Assembly (NCBI RefSeq): GCF_040938485.1 | Contig: NW_027271666.1 | Span: forward strand, 1,736,001-1,800,000 | DNA from: Diadema antillarum | Lineage: Eukaryota | Direction of reading: 5' to 3' | Length of the DNA: 64,000 bases | In this document: positions 22,556 through 35,505 of the stretch, one piece after another | How positions within the stretch are numbered: position 1 is the stretch's first letter | Layout: each line of letters opens with the position of its first letter | Position numbers and translations under genes: made by a program | Notes under the pieces: model-generated | What the model saw: only the letters and a program-made list of their open reading frames with translations | What the model was told of the DNA's origin: nothing | The model's database searches: none

Positions 22556-23047
22556 CAGGGGTGGATCCAGAGGGGGAATTGAGGAATTGACAGTGCATGC
22601 CCCTTCCTTATTTTTTGTGAAAACAAAAGAAATACAAGAAACGAATGGGGGGTGGGGGGGGGGGGAAAACATCCATACACCTCCCTTTTTGTAAAGGCCC
22701 CTCCCCTTTACAGAGACTCCAACCCCAAGTACCTTCTGATCTGGAGATTCTCCCTGAAACCCCTAGCAAACGGGAGACTCCAACTTGATGTGCGCGAAGC
22801 ACAAAGTTCCTTGCTGCCGGGGTCCAACTCTAGTGTTCTAGATGTTATCTTGTGCTATCTAAGGCTTATTTTTCTACATATATATGATGACACTGAGTAA
22901 AAAAATCATTTCAAGCGGGAGAAATTAAATCTCAAGCGGGAGAACAGGAGATTTTGCAAAAATGGGCTTTTGGCAGGAGATCTCCTGTTGAGAGCGGGAG
23001 AGTTGGAGTCTCTGCCTTTACAGAATTCCTAGCTGGATCTGACCCTG
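22556..23047. mobile_element. CAGGGG-GGATCCAG TIR element with a nested insert
   Basis: CAGGGGTGGATCCAG ... CTGGATCTGACCCTG. Confidence 0.7.
22711..23014. mobile_element. MITE with CAGAGACTCCAAC TIRs and a 6-bp TSD
   Basis: CCTTTA|CAGAGACTCCAAC...GTTGGAGTCTCTG|CCTTTA. An inverted sister copy lies at 43689-43991. Confidence 0.85.
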
Positions 23048-24334
23048 TGATGTGGAAGTAACATGTATAGGCCTAAGCAATTTACTCTGAAATTGATGAT
23101 GATCAATGTGTTTCTGTATAATAAGTGATGATAGTACTACATGTATATAATAATAAAAGGTTGATAAAGATGTAGAGGATGATGATTGTACAGTAGTTAT
23201 GATAGATATCTAAAAACGATGATAAGTTGATGACTCTCACGATAATGATGATGTTGATAATAATAATGATAATAAAGATATGATTAAGATGACAAGATAA
23301 TGATAAGATAGAAGCTTGTCTGTGTTGAAAATTTGTGTGACAGCTGGAAATTTTGGAGGCAGATATTTTGTATTGAGATCAAAAGTTTAACACCAATTTC
23401 ATAGGATGATGATTGTGGTAGTGCTGTAATTATAATGCAATTACATTGTATATTGACAATTTGATATCTGTTATGAAAAATGATGGAATGTGTACCAGTC
23501 ATAAGAATGATGGTATGATGTATAACTGGTGATGGTGGTAGGTGACATGGAGGTATAATGTTATAGCTCTCTATTTGGAACCAAATATAAGACTATGTAT
23601 GAAGACTATGGCCCATCTGTTCTATTATGGATACTTTTTTTTTTCTCTCTCTCTCTCTCTTTCTCATGAGCTCCTTTTGAATATGGAGACTGCTATCATT
23701 ACTATAAGTTCCCTCATGGAGACATCTTATCAGCACAGGTTTAAATTATGATATCATTTGATATGTTCACGATGCTTGATTCGATATCAACTCTGGTTGC
23801 ACGATGAAGCAAATTATTTTTCACATAGGGCCCCACTTTTTTCATTAAAAAAATAACAACAGCATAAGACTACAGAACTATTTCATTGTTTTTTTATGTA
23901 GGAAATTGCTCATGGGAATTCATACATTTTGTAAAACTAACTACTGTTAAAGAAATACTACCTCCACATTTTGGAAAGATGAGTTCTAAAAATAATCCTT
24001 CACTCCGTTGTATCATACATGTAGGCCTACAGGCCCTACTGGACTAAGAATTGACAGACACTTTAGAACATGTGTAAATGTTCAATCCTACACGGAGAAT
24101 GCCAATAAATCCAACAAAACACAAACAAAAAGATCCTGTCTTTTCGTTTGAATCAGCTCATCTCACGTAGGCCATTACCCTCGCCTCTCTACCAACTTCC
24201 CTCATCAATAACAACAGTTACATCCCTCCTGCTCGTATTGGTATAATCCCCTCCAAGAACAACAAGTTGCTAGTGACTGTATCCGTACGGCCGGAACGGC
24301 GGCGTATACTACTCTAGTACTGTATGTGTACACG

Positions 24335-24449
24335 ATGTCCGCTGCTGGTGGTGATGATGGCGATGCGATTGCAGACGAACTTCACGTATTGGAAGCAGTT
24401 TATTGTCAGGATGGCGAGTTTGTGCTGCATGATATCCGGCAAGATGTTG
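24335..24449 (+). CDS. RWDD3: RWDD3 exon 1
   Basis: MSAAGGDDGDAIADELHVLEAVYCQDGEFVLHDIRQDV, followed by a GTAAGG donor. Confidence 0.88.
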
Positions 24450-27400
24450 GTAAGGTTTCTTGTACCTCTTATACTAACTACTGCTAGATTTGCTTCGAAA
24501 GTTTTGCTTTTTGCGAGTGCACGCGATGGAAAGTGGTTTGAACAGTCCCACGTATTATTAACGCCGTTAGCAGTAACTACGCACGGCCACTGCTGCTGGT
24601 TTGACTGTCACACAACAAAAGCACTGACAATAATGATGATTTATATAGCCCGGCAGCCTGACCAGACGCCGCACGACTGCATATAATATCAGGTTCCCGA
24701 AATTTAGGATGTAGACAGGACAAGAGTGTCTCCATTATTTGTGGCCGAAATTCAATTCCTAAAATGGCTTTATGGAACCACTTGGCGTTGCCCTTGTTTT
24801 GTTTTGTTTGTTTTTTGTTTTGCACTAGACATTCTATTCTACTTTATTCTAGACCTTCTTGTAGTAGAATTAGAAATCTATAGAACTTTCAAACTGATGA
24901 ATTTATAATAGAATAGAAAGATTAGAGTTGATTCTATCAATATCAGTTATCTTTCTGTATAAAAGCAGTATTGTTTGCCTTTTTTTTTCCAGTGTGCATG
25001 GTGTGCTTGTTTTGCTAGAGACTGTAGAGTATAGGAACTAGAGTCAAGAGACAGAGTAATTGTTTGAAGAAGATTGTACCGGTACATACTACATAGCAAG
25101 CAACGACGAGGCTGATCTCAGTAGATTTTTGCGTTTGCTGCCCCACTCAGGTGCCTCTTTTGTGTAGAACAAAATATTTTGGGAGCCCATCAGTGCAGTG
25201 CAGGCTGCATTCATACCTAGCACCTGGTTTTTCATTGTTTCCATGGCACATGTATAGTTGACTGTCAAAAACTGGTAAATTTTACAGTATCCCTTGACTG
25301 CTTTCGCACAGGCAGATTACAAACCTGTTTGTTCTCCAGCTGTCGCCCTGCAAAAAAAGAATTTCGTTTGGGTGCATTGATGATTGAAGGTGCTCAGAGA
25401 ATTATGGGAGGAACGGGATAACTGCAGAAGTGATGCAGGATATATGTCTCATGTTGGGTCACACCACATGCTCTTTTAAATGAAAAGGCACATAGAATCT
25501 ATTTATGTATTTATCTTTTAAATTTGTACACTATGCATGGGCACTTTTATATCTGTACATTTAGTAAGATTTACACTTGCCTTGAGGGTGTTTCACGAAG
25601 ATTTTAAGTTGAACATAAAATCTAAGATTGACTAAAAATTATGGTATGCTGTGTACGTGTGTCCTCAATGTTGCCCAACTTTCTAATGAAAATTAAGATT
25701 TTGGAGACATTTTTCATGTATAATAGCCATTGATAATACAAGATAAACTAAATAACAGTGGAATTATTCTGTGAAACATAACTAATAATTTGAAGTGGGT
25801 GATGATTTAATAGCCTTAAATGAAATTGAACAGGGAAACCAGTGGCATACCATAATATTTAGTCAATCTTAGATTAAGTTCGACTTCGTGAAACAACCCC
25901 CCCCCCCCTCGAGTTGGAATTCACCACAGAGCTTGCTCTCAGGTATTGATCATATCATGTCATGTAATTTTTGTTTGTTGGTTTGTTTGTTAAGAGTGTA
26001 AGAGGAAATTCATACTGCGATGACAAGACTGGGATTTAAAACTTCTGTCTGCAATGCATGTTGTAGTGAGCTGGAGTATCTGTATCGTACCGTACTTGAA
26101 TTCAAATCTGCACATCTTTTGTCTCATTTTACAGGTTCAGCCTGTTTTACCATTACTCCGACTGTGAGTCTTGAGGGAAATCCTGCCAGCAGAGATGCCG
26201 ACGGTATACCCTTCGCTGCCAAGTTCGTCATCGAGCCAGGCTATCCGCTCTCACCGCCTCAAATCATGGTGACATCCAGTGCCTTGACCCGAAAGGCTGC
26301 CGAAGAACTGAAGAGAGACCTAATGACATTCGTTAGGGAGCATTTGTTAGGAGAACCTGTGGTCATACAGACATTGGAATGGATCCAGCAACACATAAGC
26401 AGCTATACAGCCAAAGAAAAACTGTCAGCAGGAATGGCTTCACAGGGAGATGATGTAAATGGTGAGACTGTCTTGGCTATCCCTACAATAATTATGCAGA
26501 AAGCCAGTTTTCACAGAGTATTGGTGTACCCTGTGTCATCCCACAGAGTAGTATTGTAATCATTGTGATTATTAAATGCTCTGCACTAAATTATGATTTA
26601 CACAGTACATTATTATTGGTTGTTGCAAATGAAGCTGTATAAAAAGACAGAGCATAACAGAAGTGGTGTACATGCATGTGTCTGTGTTTGTGTGTATGTG
26701 TTTACCGGTGAGGGCAATGGGTTGAGAGATATCTATGTTGCCATGGCAACCTAAATACCCACAATAGTTTGACATTGAATGACAGTGTTCTCATACCAGA
26801 GATAGAAGTAAAATTGTAGCATACACTGTAGTCCTGTCACTTCATGATTAACAGTGAGTGCAGACGAAAGAAAAGAGAAAAAAGATTGTGAGTGCAAAAT
26901 ATTATGAGAAGGGCTACGAGTAGGACTTATACATGTACAAATGATGCATGTCGAAGAACAGAGTGGATTGGTAAGAGTTGGATGCATAAGTTTATCTTTG
27001 AAACTGCTTATCCAAACCCATGAGTGTAGTGAGTGGGTTTTAGACTGTTACAAAGTTAAAAGAAAGCATCAAATTCTCACTCATTCATGAAATAGGCCTG
27101 CAGTGCATCATTTGTTTTATAACATGTGCCTGTAAATTCACGGAATTCATCCTTTTTCCCCCATCATGCATCCGGTATACCTACAACTATGCAAGGCTTG
27201 AGCCACTTGTTCGGATTTTACTGGATGCATGGCTCAGTGTGGATCAGTAGAAATCAATTGCATGATAACTGACCAATCAGATTGCAGAGATTCTAAAGCC
27301 CTTTTTTTTTTCTCAACCTAGATAGCAGGATGATATCTCTGCTGAGAATAGATCACATGAGGGCGAAGACTCGCTACATCCGGACTCTACAAGGCTGGGC

Positions 27401-29216
27401 CTCCGACTTGTCCCTAACGGGGAAGATCTTGTTTGTCGACAAACTCATTTTGGTCCTTTTGGAGGGTCAGCAGAAAAATGTCAAGGTCAGTGGTAATGGC
27501 AAGATGTGGAGGATAGCTATGAATGTCAGGGATGTGGCAAAAAGGATGTTTGTCTCATACACAAAGCCAGGTTTTGTAGTGAAATGCTCCATAGGTTTTC
27601 TTGTGTATGCCCTTTTATATATATATATACACACTAGTTTGTGAAGTAAGATTGCAGTAAAATTAACAGAATTTAAAAACAGTAAGGGAAATTGTACATT
27701 TTGGTCAAATTCATGAAATCCTTCTGTCAAGTTTCTTGTTGTTGTTTGTTTGTCTTTTGAGTTGACATCGATGTCGGGTAATTTGTTACTCAGTTGCAGG
27801 AAATTGTAGCCATTTCTTGTTGTTATTGTTATTGTGTTCGTTGTCCAATGTGATTAGTTGTGACATTGTGTATACATTTTAAAAAGGTTCCACTGTATCT
27901 GAACATCATATCCCAATGCACAGAAACTAGGTACATGTTTGTTGTAACACTCCAGTTTTTGCTGCGATATATCATTTGATCCAGTAAATTCTACTTGTTG
28001 ACAACCATGTATACATGCTATATGTGGTTGAGTTTGCAGGGTGCGGTGTTGATTCTGAACATGGAAATTACTCTTGATGCCAAGTAACCCATTGAGGATA
28101 AGTCCTGAGTATACTCGGGCAAGTGTCTGTAAGGGAAATGTGTGTTGTAGCAAAATCAGCCCGTCCTCAATGGGTTAAGCTTATGAGGTCATTTTTGTTT
28201 GGTATTTGTTCAGGAATTTGTGTTGAGACTGCGCACCCAGAAGGTGGACGTCGACTCAAGCGGCAAAAGTTGCAAGGAAAAGATGATGACAGTCTTAAAA
28301 GAAGCACCCTCTGCTGGTGACAGTCCTAGGTGAGTTTATGACCTACCTGTTACATAAAGAATTGCTTGCTTCGCCAAGTGATCACTGGATACAGTAATAT
28401 ACAATGTATGTCATAAAATCTACATCGCACAAATCAATTTTTGAACTCCTTTGCTAGGCACAAACTGATACCTGTACACCTGTCGTCTACTAACATCACC
28501 TAAGAAAGCTCTTTACTCAGTTTGAAACTTTTTTAGCCATGTGTGTATGTATTTTTTTTAGCCATTTCCTCGCAAAGCTGTAGAATATCCCCTAAACCAA
28601 TGCTTCTCAACCATTCTTCAACCCGAGGTCCACTTTGGCTCCTACATGTTTTTGAAAGGCCTGTTAGATAGAATACAAGTATTCTTTATTTTTTTTGGGC
28701 CAACACCGCAGCTCACTAGTCAAGAAGCAGGGCCCTGAACTGTGACTGTTAGGCATCATTATCTCACAATTAATTGTTTATACACAGAGTTGCATTTTAT
28801 ATGTGAGCAATGAAGTAAAGGCAACATGCAACAAGTGCTTTGATTCATAAATATCCTTCAAATGATATCTCTGTAATGCTCACAATGAAAGGGGAAATCT
28901 CAAAGCAGAGTTTTTCCAAATGAATGAAAAACAATTCATGAAATGATGTTGGAAAAAAAAGTGCACTGTATACCCATAAATTGAATGTGTCCTAAATGCA
29001 CATTGCTTCATTGTAATTAGGCATTTTTGCATTTTTCTTTCTTCCTTGAATCTTTTTTTTTCCCTATGCAGTGACAGGTTTGAGTCTTTTGATGTTGCCG
29101 AGTTGAACAGCATACATGAACTGAAGTGTGCATTTGATGTAGTGGATTTAGCAGAGCTATACTCACAGTGCGTTCAACCTCTTCTACGTCACTCGCATCA
29201 AGGAACGGCCTCATGA
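24335..29216 (+). CDS. RWDD3: Gene span: RWD domain-containing protein 3 (RSUME), 5 exons, 286-288 aa
   Basis: join(24335-24449,26135-26461,27322-27485,28214-28329,29072[or 29078]-29216). It has the RWD YPxxPP motif, and IDHMRAKTRY and VDVDSSGKSCKEKMM match recalled RWDD3. Confidence 0.93.
25586..25899. mobile_element. MITE with GGGTGTTTCACGAAG TIRs (PIF/Harbinger-like termini)
   Basis: GGGTGTTTCACGAAG...CTTCGTGAAACAACCC plus subterminal tctaagattgactaaa inverted arms. Confidence 0.7.
26135..26461 (+). CDS. RWDD3: RWDD3 exon 2 (RWD domain)
   Basis: ...KFVIEPGYPLSPPQIMVTSSALTRK...LLGEPVVIQTLEWIQQH... Confidence 0.93.
27322..27485 (+). CDS. RWDD3: RWDD3 exon 3
   Basis: DSRMISLLRIDHMRAKTRYIRTLQGWASDLSLTGKILFVDKLILVLLEGQQKNVK. 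Confidence 0.95.
28214..28329 (+). CDS. RWDD3: RWDD3 exon 4
   Basis: EFVLRLRTQKVDVDSSGKSCKEKMMTVLKEAPSAGDSP. Confidence 0.95.
29072..29216 (+). CDS. RWDD3: RWDD3 terminal exon 5
   Basis: (SD)RFESFDVAELNSIHELKCAFDVVDLAELYSQCVQPLLRHSHQGTAS*. Confidence 0.88.
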
Positions 29217-29345
29217 CAGGAAGAGATTCTATGTCAAGCTAGATGAACCGAATGCCGAAGTAAACCAGAGATTGTATCATGGACGGTGTGAAAATCTTTA
29301 CACGATTTACACTCTTGTCTAGCCATGCACTGTCAAATAGAACTA

Positions 29346-29530
29346 CAGTGCACTCCCCTCATAACGTACACGGTTATAACGAAATTCTGGTTGCAGCGAA
29401 ATAAAAATTCAGGCCACGACATTATCCTCTCTATGATTTTTATTGTTTATTTGTTCGGTTATTACAAAATTTCGTCATAACGAAAGAAAATTGCCGGTCC
29501 CAAAAACTTTGTTATAACAGGAGTCCACTG
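29346..29530. mobile_element. pogo-type MITE (CAGTGCACTCC family)
   Basis: TA|CAGTGCACTCC...GGAGTCCACTG. Confidence 0.75.
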
Positions 29531-29627
29531 TGCCAGGGCACATGTAATGTTCTTTCATTACATTGCTTCGTCAAGATGAATTTACAAAGTGTATTCACTT
29601 TCTTGTAAGGCAAAGCGATCTGTAATA

Positions 29628-29805
29628 CAGTGCACTCCTGTTTTAACAAATGCAGTTTTCACAAAACTGTTGTGACAAAGTAAAAATTCAGGTCCCCAAA
29701 TTATCATCTACATGTATATATCTTTATGTTTGGCTGCAAAGAAATTTTGATATAACGAAAGAAAACTGCCAGTTCTAGAGAATTTATTACAACGGGGGTC
29801 GCCTG
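29628..29805. mobile_element. Diverged pogo-type MITE (same family)
   Basis: TA|CAGTGCACTCC..., with the shared body gaaagaaaactgcc and a degenerate right TIR. Confidence 0.6.
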
Positions 29806-30994
29806 TAGTAAAAACACATGAATTCAATCTTTTTCAACTGAGTATGAAAATTTATCACATGACTACTAGCACTTTTACAGTCAATCATTTAGATTATATA
29901 TGAGTAAATATCCTAAATGAAAGTGTGCTAGTACTAGGCTATTTTTACTCATAATGAATTCACAGTGGAGGATATTTATTTCTTGCAATATCTCCTCTCT
30001 GTTTTTTAACTCAATGTGGTTAGTACTAGGTTGGTAGGTTCTGGGAAACATGCACTATAGATATGATCGTTTCAATGAAATTACTATCATACCTATAATG
30101 GTCATAATGATAATGGTAACTGTATTAATGATAATGATTATTGTGATGACTATGACTCCAAGGTTTTATGTCTAGTCATCATTTTGTTTAATATCGGAGG
30201 GTGTGGGAGGGAGTTCCCCGCCCCCCCCCCCAACCTTTTTTGCCTTATTGAGCTTTTGCCTTATTGAGCTGTAAATACACGTAGTGTGATTTGGTGTGTA
30301 CCAAATTTTGTAAAATATTTTCACTTATTCTGATTAAAGAAGAACAACAAAAAGATTGTAAAAATTTAAACCTATGGTTGGAAATCCATGTTTCAAGTTT
30401 TTGTTTTTGTTTTTGTTTATGAGGTGTGAGGAAAAGCTTTTCAGGTGTTTCAACGCGAGAGAGACTCCAAAGATGGGAGACTTGGTAGGACTGGTAAAAT
30501 TGTGTATCCATTCTGCAATTATGACAGATATCACAGTTCCTAGAAGACGTGTTAAGCATAAAAATACAATGTAGCTTTGCTTTGTGCTGTAAAATTCAAA
30601 GACACCAGTAAATTTGTTTGTTTGTGGTATTGCAGGTGGAATTCAGAGCTCAAAGTCTACACCAATGGTGATGATGATGGTATGGATAATACATTTGTAT
30701 TGACATTGATGGTATTGATGATGGCGATGATGATTATGATGATGAAAATGGAGTTCAGGTAAATGATGTCCATCTCCACCCTGCCCATGTCCAGGCCAAG
30801 CAGACACACGGTCACATCGTCCACGAGTACCATATCTTTGGTCCATCACATGGCCAATCTGACCCCATGAAATCACATCCCAAGACACTAGGTTGGTTAA
30901 TCCAGCATCTTTCATACGGTGATTTAGCGGATACATCCATCTTAGACACATAAGAGACATCAATGCCAACATTTGTGTGAGTGTACATGTACTA

Positions 30995-31192
30995 CTGTAA
31001 AACGAGATATATTCGCGACATGAAATTTTCGCGAATTGGAGCTGACAGCCTTTTTCGCGGCATGAAATTTTCGCGAATTGCCACTGGCATTCAATGCATG
31101 TATTGTAGACAAAAACTCTCGCGTGCATTTTAATTTCGCGAATTTTGGCGCTCGCGAAATTAAAATGCACGCGAAAATTTCTCGTTTTACAG
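30995..31192. mobile_element. MITE, CTGTAAAA family
   Basis: TA|CTGTAAAACGAG...CTCGTTTTACAG|TA. Confidence 0.8.
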
Positions 31193-31265
31193 TATGTACA
31201 GGTAGTCTGTTTTGTTTGGTGGAATGTAATTCTTTCCCCTTCCTTTATCCCCAACCCCCCTTTTA

Positions 31266-31408
31266 CATGGGCGTCACCAGGGGGGGTGCGTTGGGTGCGA
31301 ACGCACCCCCCTTCAGATCCTTAAAAAAAAAAAAATCAGTCTGCGAGCGACCTCAATGCCGGACGCTAAATAATTACTCTTTTCTATTTTTTTTTCATAT
31401 TTTGCACC

Positions 31409-31450
<42 letters not shown>

Positions 31451-31893
31451 AATTCGCACCCCTGGTTCTGGCAGCACTGATTTTATACATATCTATTAGT
31501 ATTCTACAGTGTTTACTATTTATCGACCGTACTGTACATCCCTACGATACCGAGCACTTATACCTCCCCCCCTCCATAATTCCAGAGACGAGAAGATTTT
31601 CTTATCTTTTTTTTTGGACCGAAAAACAAAAAGTTACCCTCATAAAATATTGGAGGGGCAAGCATATTTAATTTTGCCCCCCCCCCCCATAATTAATAAT
31701 TCCCGAAATGAGAAATTTTCTTGCTTTTGAAATAAAACAAAAATGTTGCCCCCATAAAAATATTGGAAGGCAAGCGCACCATTTGCCCCACCCCTCATGA
31801 TCATAATTCCCGCGATGAAAAGATTGTCTTGCTTTTTTGTTAGAATTCAAGAAATCTGTCCAATTATTTCACCCAAAAGCAGTGGCGTAACTA

Positions 31894-31925
<32 letters not shown>

Positions 31926-34632
31926 GCGCCCCCTCATAATCCGCTGGTAAAAAAAAAAGACTTACCGAAATAGTAATTCAAGTGTTAGTAAACTGCTTTT
32001 GAATGAAAGGGTGATCAAGAAATAAGATATTTTTCTATGATTTCTTTTAACCATAATTAGATAGGTATATAGTGTGAAACATTGTTCAAAAAGCCCGGAC
32101 CCGACAAAAGATTGTGATTCAGCGTGATTCCTGGTTGGCATTCTGCATATAAGCAGGATGTGCGCAGTGTACTCAGTACATCCGAACGAAGAGTCGCTAC
32201 AATGGTTCGCAATGTGATGTAGAATGTACAGCACCTTTGTACCTTACGCTTCGTTGTATCAAAGCTAGATCATTGCTTTTGCAGTGTTGCTTTACATATT
32301 AGTCTATGTAAAAATGTCTTGCATTGCCAATAAAAAGACTTGACCTGGGCTAATTCCTAACTTTTCCATGTACATATAATACACACACACAAACAAACAC
32401 GCACAATTAGTTTAGGGGATGCTCTAAAGTGCAGATTTTGGACATCCTTTCCCCGCTTGGTCACTTCGACGCCACCTCGCTATCATACCTCCCCCAGTCA
32501 TGAACATAAACCCACACCCTTGACTACCAGTGACGGATCCAGGGGGAGGGGCGCACCGGGCGCGCCGGGCGCACCGGGCGTCCGCCCCCCCCCCTTTAAT
32601 TTCCAAAGCGAAAAAAAAAATAATATAGCTTCAAACGGCAGTTTTTGGACAGTAAAATGTCAACATTTTCAAGCTCGCTCGCTCCTCTCGCTCGCATTTA
32701 GTCGTAATGCCATTCTCCTGAAGTTGCTGCCAGTAATTGCAGGCAGTTGCGCCTGGTGCGCCCCCCCCCCTTAATTTCCAAAGCGAAAAATTATAGCTAC
32801 AAACGGCAATTTGGGGACTGTAAAAATGTCAAAATTTTCAAGCTCGCTCGCTCCGTTCGCTCGCATTTAATCGTTATGCCATTCTTCTGATGTTGCTAGA
32901 TACCAGTAATTGCGTGCAGTTGCGCCCGGTGCTCCCCCTTAATTTCCAAAGCGAAAAAATATGGCTAAGAACGGCAGTTTTTGGACTGTAAAATGTAAAA
33001 TTTTCAAGATCCCTCTCTTCGCTCGCTCGCATTTAATCGTTATGCAATTCACCTGATGTTGCTGCCAGTAATTGCCAGCAGTTCCGCCCGGTGCCCTTCC
33101 CCCTTAATTTCCAAAGCGAAAAAATATGGCTAAGAAAAGAACGGCGGTTTTTGGACTGTAAAATGTAAAATTTTCAAGCTCGTTCGTTCTGCTCGCTCGA
33201 ATGTAATCATTATGCTCTCCTGATATTACTGCCAGTATTTGCCAGCAGTTGCGCCCGATGGGCCCCTTAAATATAGAAATATACCTACAAACGGCAGTTT
33301 GTTTTTTACTGTAAAATGTCAAATTTTCAAGCTCGCTCGCTCGCATTTAATTGTTACCCAATTCTCCTGATGTTGCTGCCAGTAATTGCCGGCAGTTGCG
33401 CCCGGTGAACCCCCCCACCTCCTTTATTTCCAATGCGAAAAAATATGCCTCCAAATGGCAGTTTTGGGACTGTAAAATGTCCAAATTTTCAAGCTCGCTC
33501 TCTTCGCTCGCTCGCATTTAATTGTCATGCCACTCACCAGATGTTGCTGCCAGTAATTGCCAGCAGTTGCGCCTGGTGCGCCCCTTGATTTCCAAAGCAA
33601 AAAAATACGGCTACAAACGGCAGTTTTGGGACTGTAAAATGTCAAAATTTTTTAGCTCGCTCGCTCGTATTTAGTTGTTATGCAATTCTCCTGATGTTGC
33701 TGCCAGCAATTACCGGCAGTTGCGCCCGTTGCACCCCCACCCCTCCTATATTTCCAAAGCGAAAAAATATGGCTCCAAATGGCAGTTTGGGACTGTAAAA
33801 TGTCAAAATTTCCAAGCTCGCTCTCTTTGCTCGCTCGCATTTAATCATTATGCCATTCACCTAATATTGCTGCCAGTAATTGCCAGCAGTTGCGCTCGGT
33901 GCGACTCCCCCTTAATTTACAAAGCAAAAAATTATGGCTACAAACGGCAGTTTTTGGACTTTAAAATGTCAAATTTTTCAAGCTCGCTCGCTCGCTCGCT
34001 CGTATGTAGTCGTTATGCCATTCTGATGTTGCTGCCAGTAATTACCGGCAGTTGCGCCCGTTGCGCCCCACCCCTCCTTTATTTCCAAAGCGAAAAAATA
34101 TGGCTCCAAATGGCAGTTTTGGGACTGTAAAATGTCAAAATTTCCAAGCTCGCTCTCTTTGCTCGCTCGCATTTAATTATCATGCCATTCACCTAATATT
34201 GCTGCCAGTAATTGCCAGCAGTTGCGCTCGGTGCGCCCCCCTTAATTTACAAAGCAAAAAAATATGGCTACAAACGGCAGTTTTTTGGACTGTCAAATGT
34301 CAAAATTTCCAAGCTCGCTCGCTCGTATGTAGTCGTTATGCCATTCCCCTGATATCGCTGCCAGTAATTTGTCGTTTCACACCGTCATTCCATCATTCAT
34401 TTATAAGGGATGCAACCCTCTCCGGCACTTCCACACCCTCCCCCCCCCCCCCCTCCCGATGAAATCCTAGCTACCGGCGCGCCGTTGCCCTTTCCCCGCT
34501 TGGTTTCCCTCAAAAAACAGTAAAAGTCTAGGGATTGAGAGCTTCCTATATTCCAAATGTCTGTCCAAAAAAATCTCGTAAACATTTAGTGTCAAAACGC
34601 ACCCCCTTGAAAAAAAGCTGGTGACGCCCCTG
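31266..34632. mobile_element. 3.4-kb composite TIR element (CA[T/G]GGGCGTCACCAG termini) carrying nested MITE ends and a satellite
   Basis: CTTTTA|CATGGGCGTCACCAG ... CTGGTGACGCCCCTG|CTTTTA. No transposase ORF seen. Confidence 0.78.
32588..34370. repeat. Tandem satellite, ~165-bp unit, about 11 copies
   Basis: Repeated unit ccccttaatttccaaagcgaaaaaatatggct...caagctcgctcgctc...gttgctgccagtaattgccagcagttgcgcccggtg. Confidence 0.93.
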
Positions 34633-35505
34633 CTTTTACAATTCAACCCTTTACCTTACAGGAATCATAATTCCCTGTCGAATGTAAGCATGCCACCTGT
34701 GGTTCTTGTAACCAACAGGTTAATATGAAAAAGGACAAGTGGAAATGATGCACAAGGGAATGTCTCTGAAGTTTCAAGGCATCATTTCTTTATTGTGAGC
34801 ACATTTGTTGCTTTTCACATACATGTACATTTTCCAGGGAAATTCCGTTACAGCTGTATACCTAAACAAGCTCGCTGACAATGAGGCACCACTTTCAATA
34901 AGGTGAATATGGCAGTCCCGATTTTTCATTACTACGTATATTCAGCAGGTATCATTTTTCTCATACTTTTATGAGGTACCAGATTTAATGAGGTAAAATC
35001 AGCTGTTTTAGTGACCTCGTTATAGGGGCTTCCAGTATATACATATACTCTTATACTCGTAAACACACAATGTACATTGTACATCCATGCATAGCAATTA
35101 TGAAAAGTGTGCATACAATGTACATTATGCAATTACATCTTAGCTCGATCAGTATTCCACATGCACGCATTGATGAAAAGTGTGGTGGAAAGTGTAAGGC
35201 CATATCAAGTATGAGGCAATCATGTGAAATATGTTAGTTTACCTGAATAGTTCTCCACATTGTGTATGACACTCATTCAATGTTTATCACAAGGAAGAAG
35301 GTAGAGTGGATAGCAAAGTGACCAACCAGTAATACACTTTTGATTGTTATTTTTTTAAATGTCAATTCAATACATGGCACAGTGTACTCGCCCAAGTCCA
35401 TAAATATATTCAGAACAATAAACTTACATGTTGCTGAACTGGAAAAATAAAAACAATAACATAAGACAATTTTACAGTAAAATATTGGATTTAAATTTGT
35501 GAGAA

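Noticed and set aside
23080-23560. GAT/AAT-rich region with short ORFs
   Set aside because: It is a decayed trinucleotide microsatellite.
31078-31671. 197-aa and 203-aa ORFs around 30643-31671
   Set aside because: They run through a MITE, a poly-A run and a (CA)n microsatellite, and have no protein-like composition.
33104-34462. Repetitive ORFs in the 165-bp array, and the idea of a CRISPR-like array
   Set aside because: These are frames through a satellite. The units repeat over their whole length, with no unique spacers and no cas genes, and the DNA is eukaryotic.
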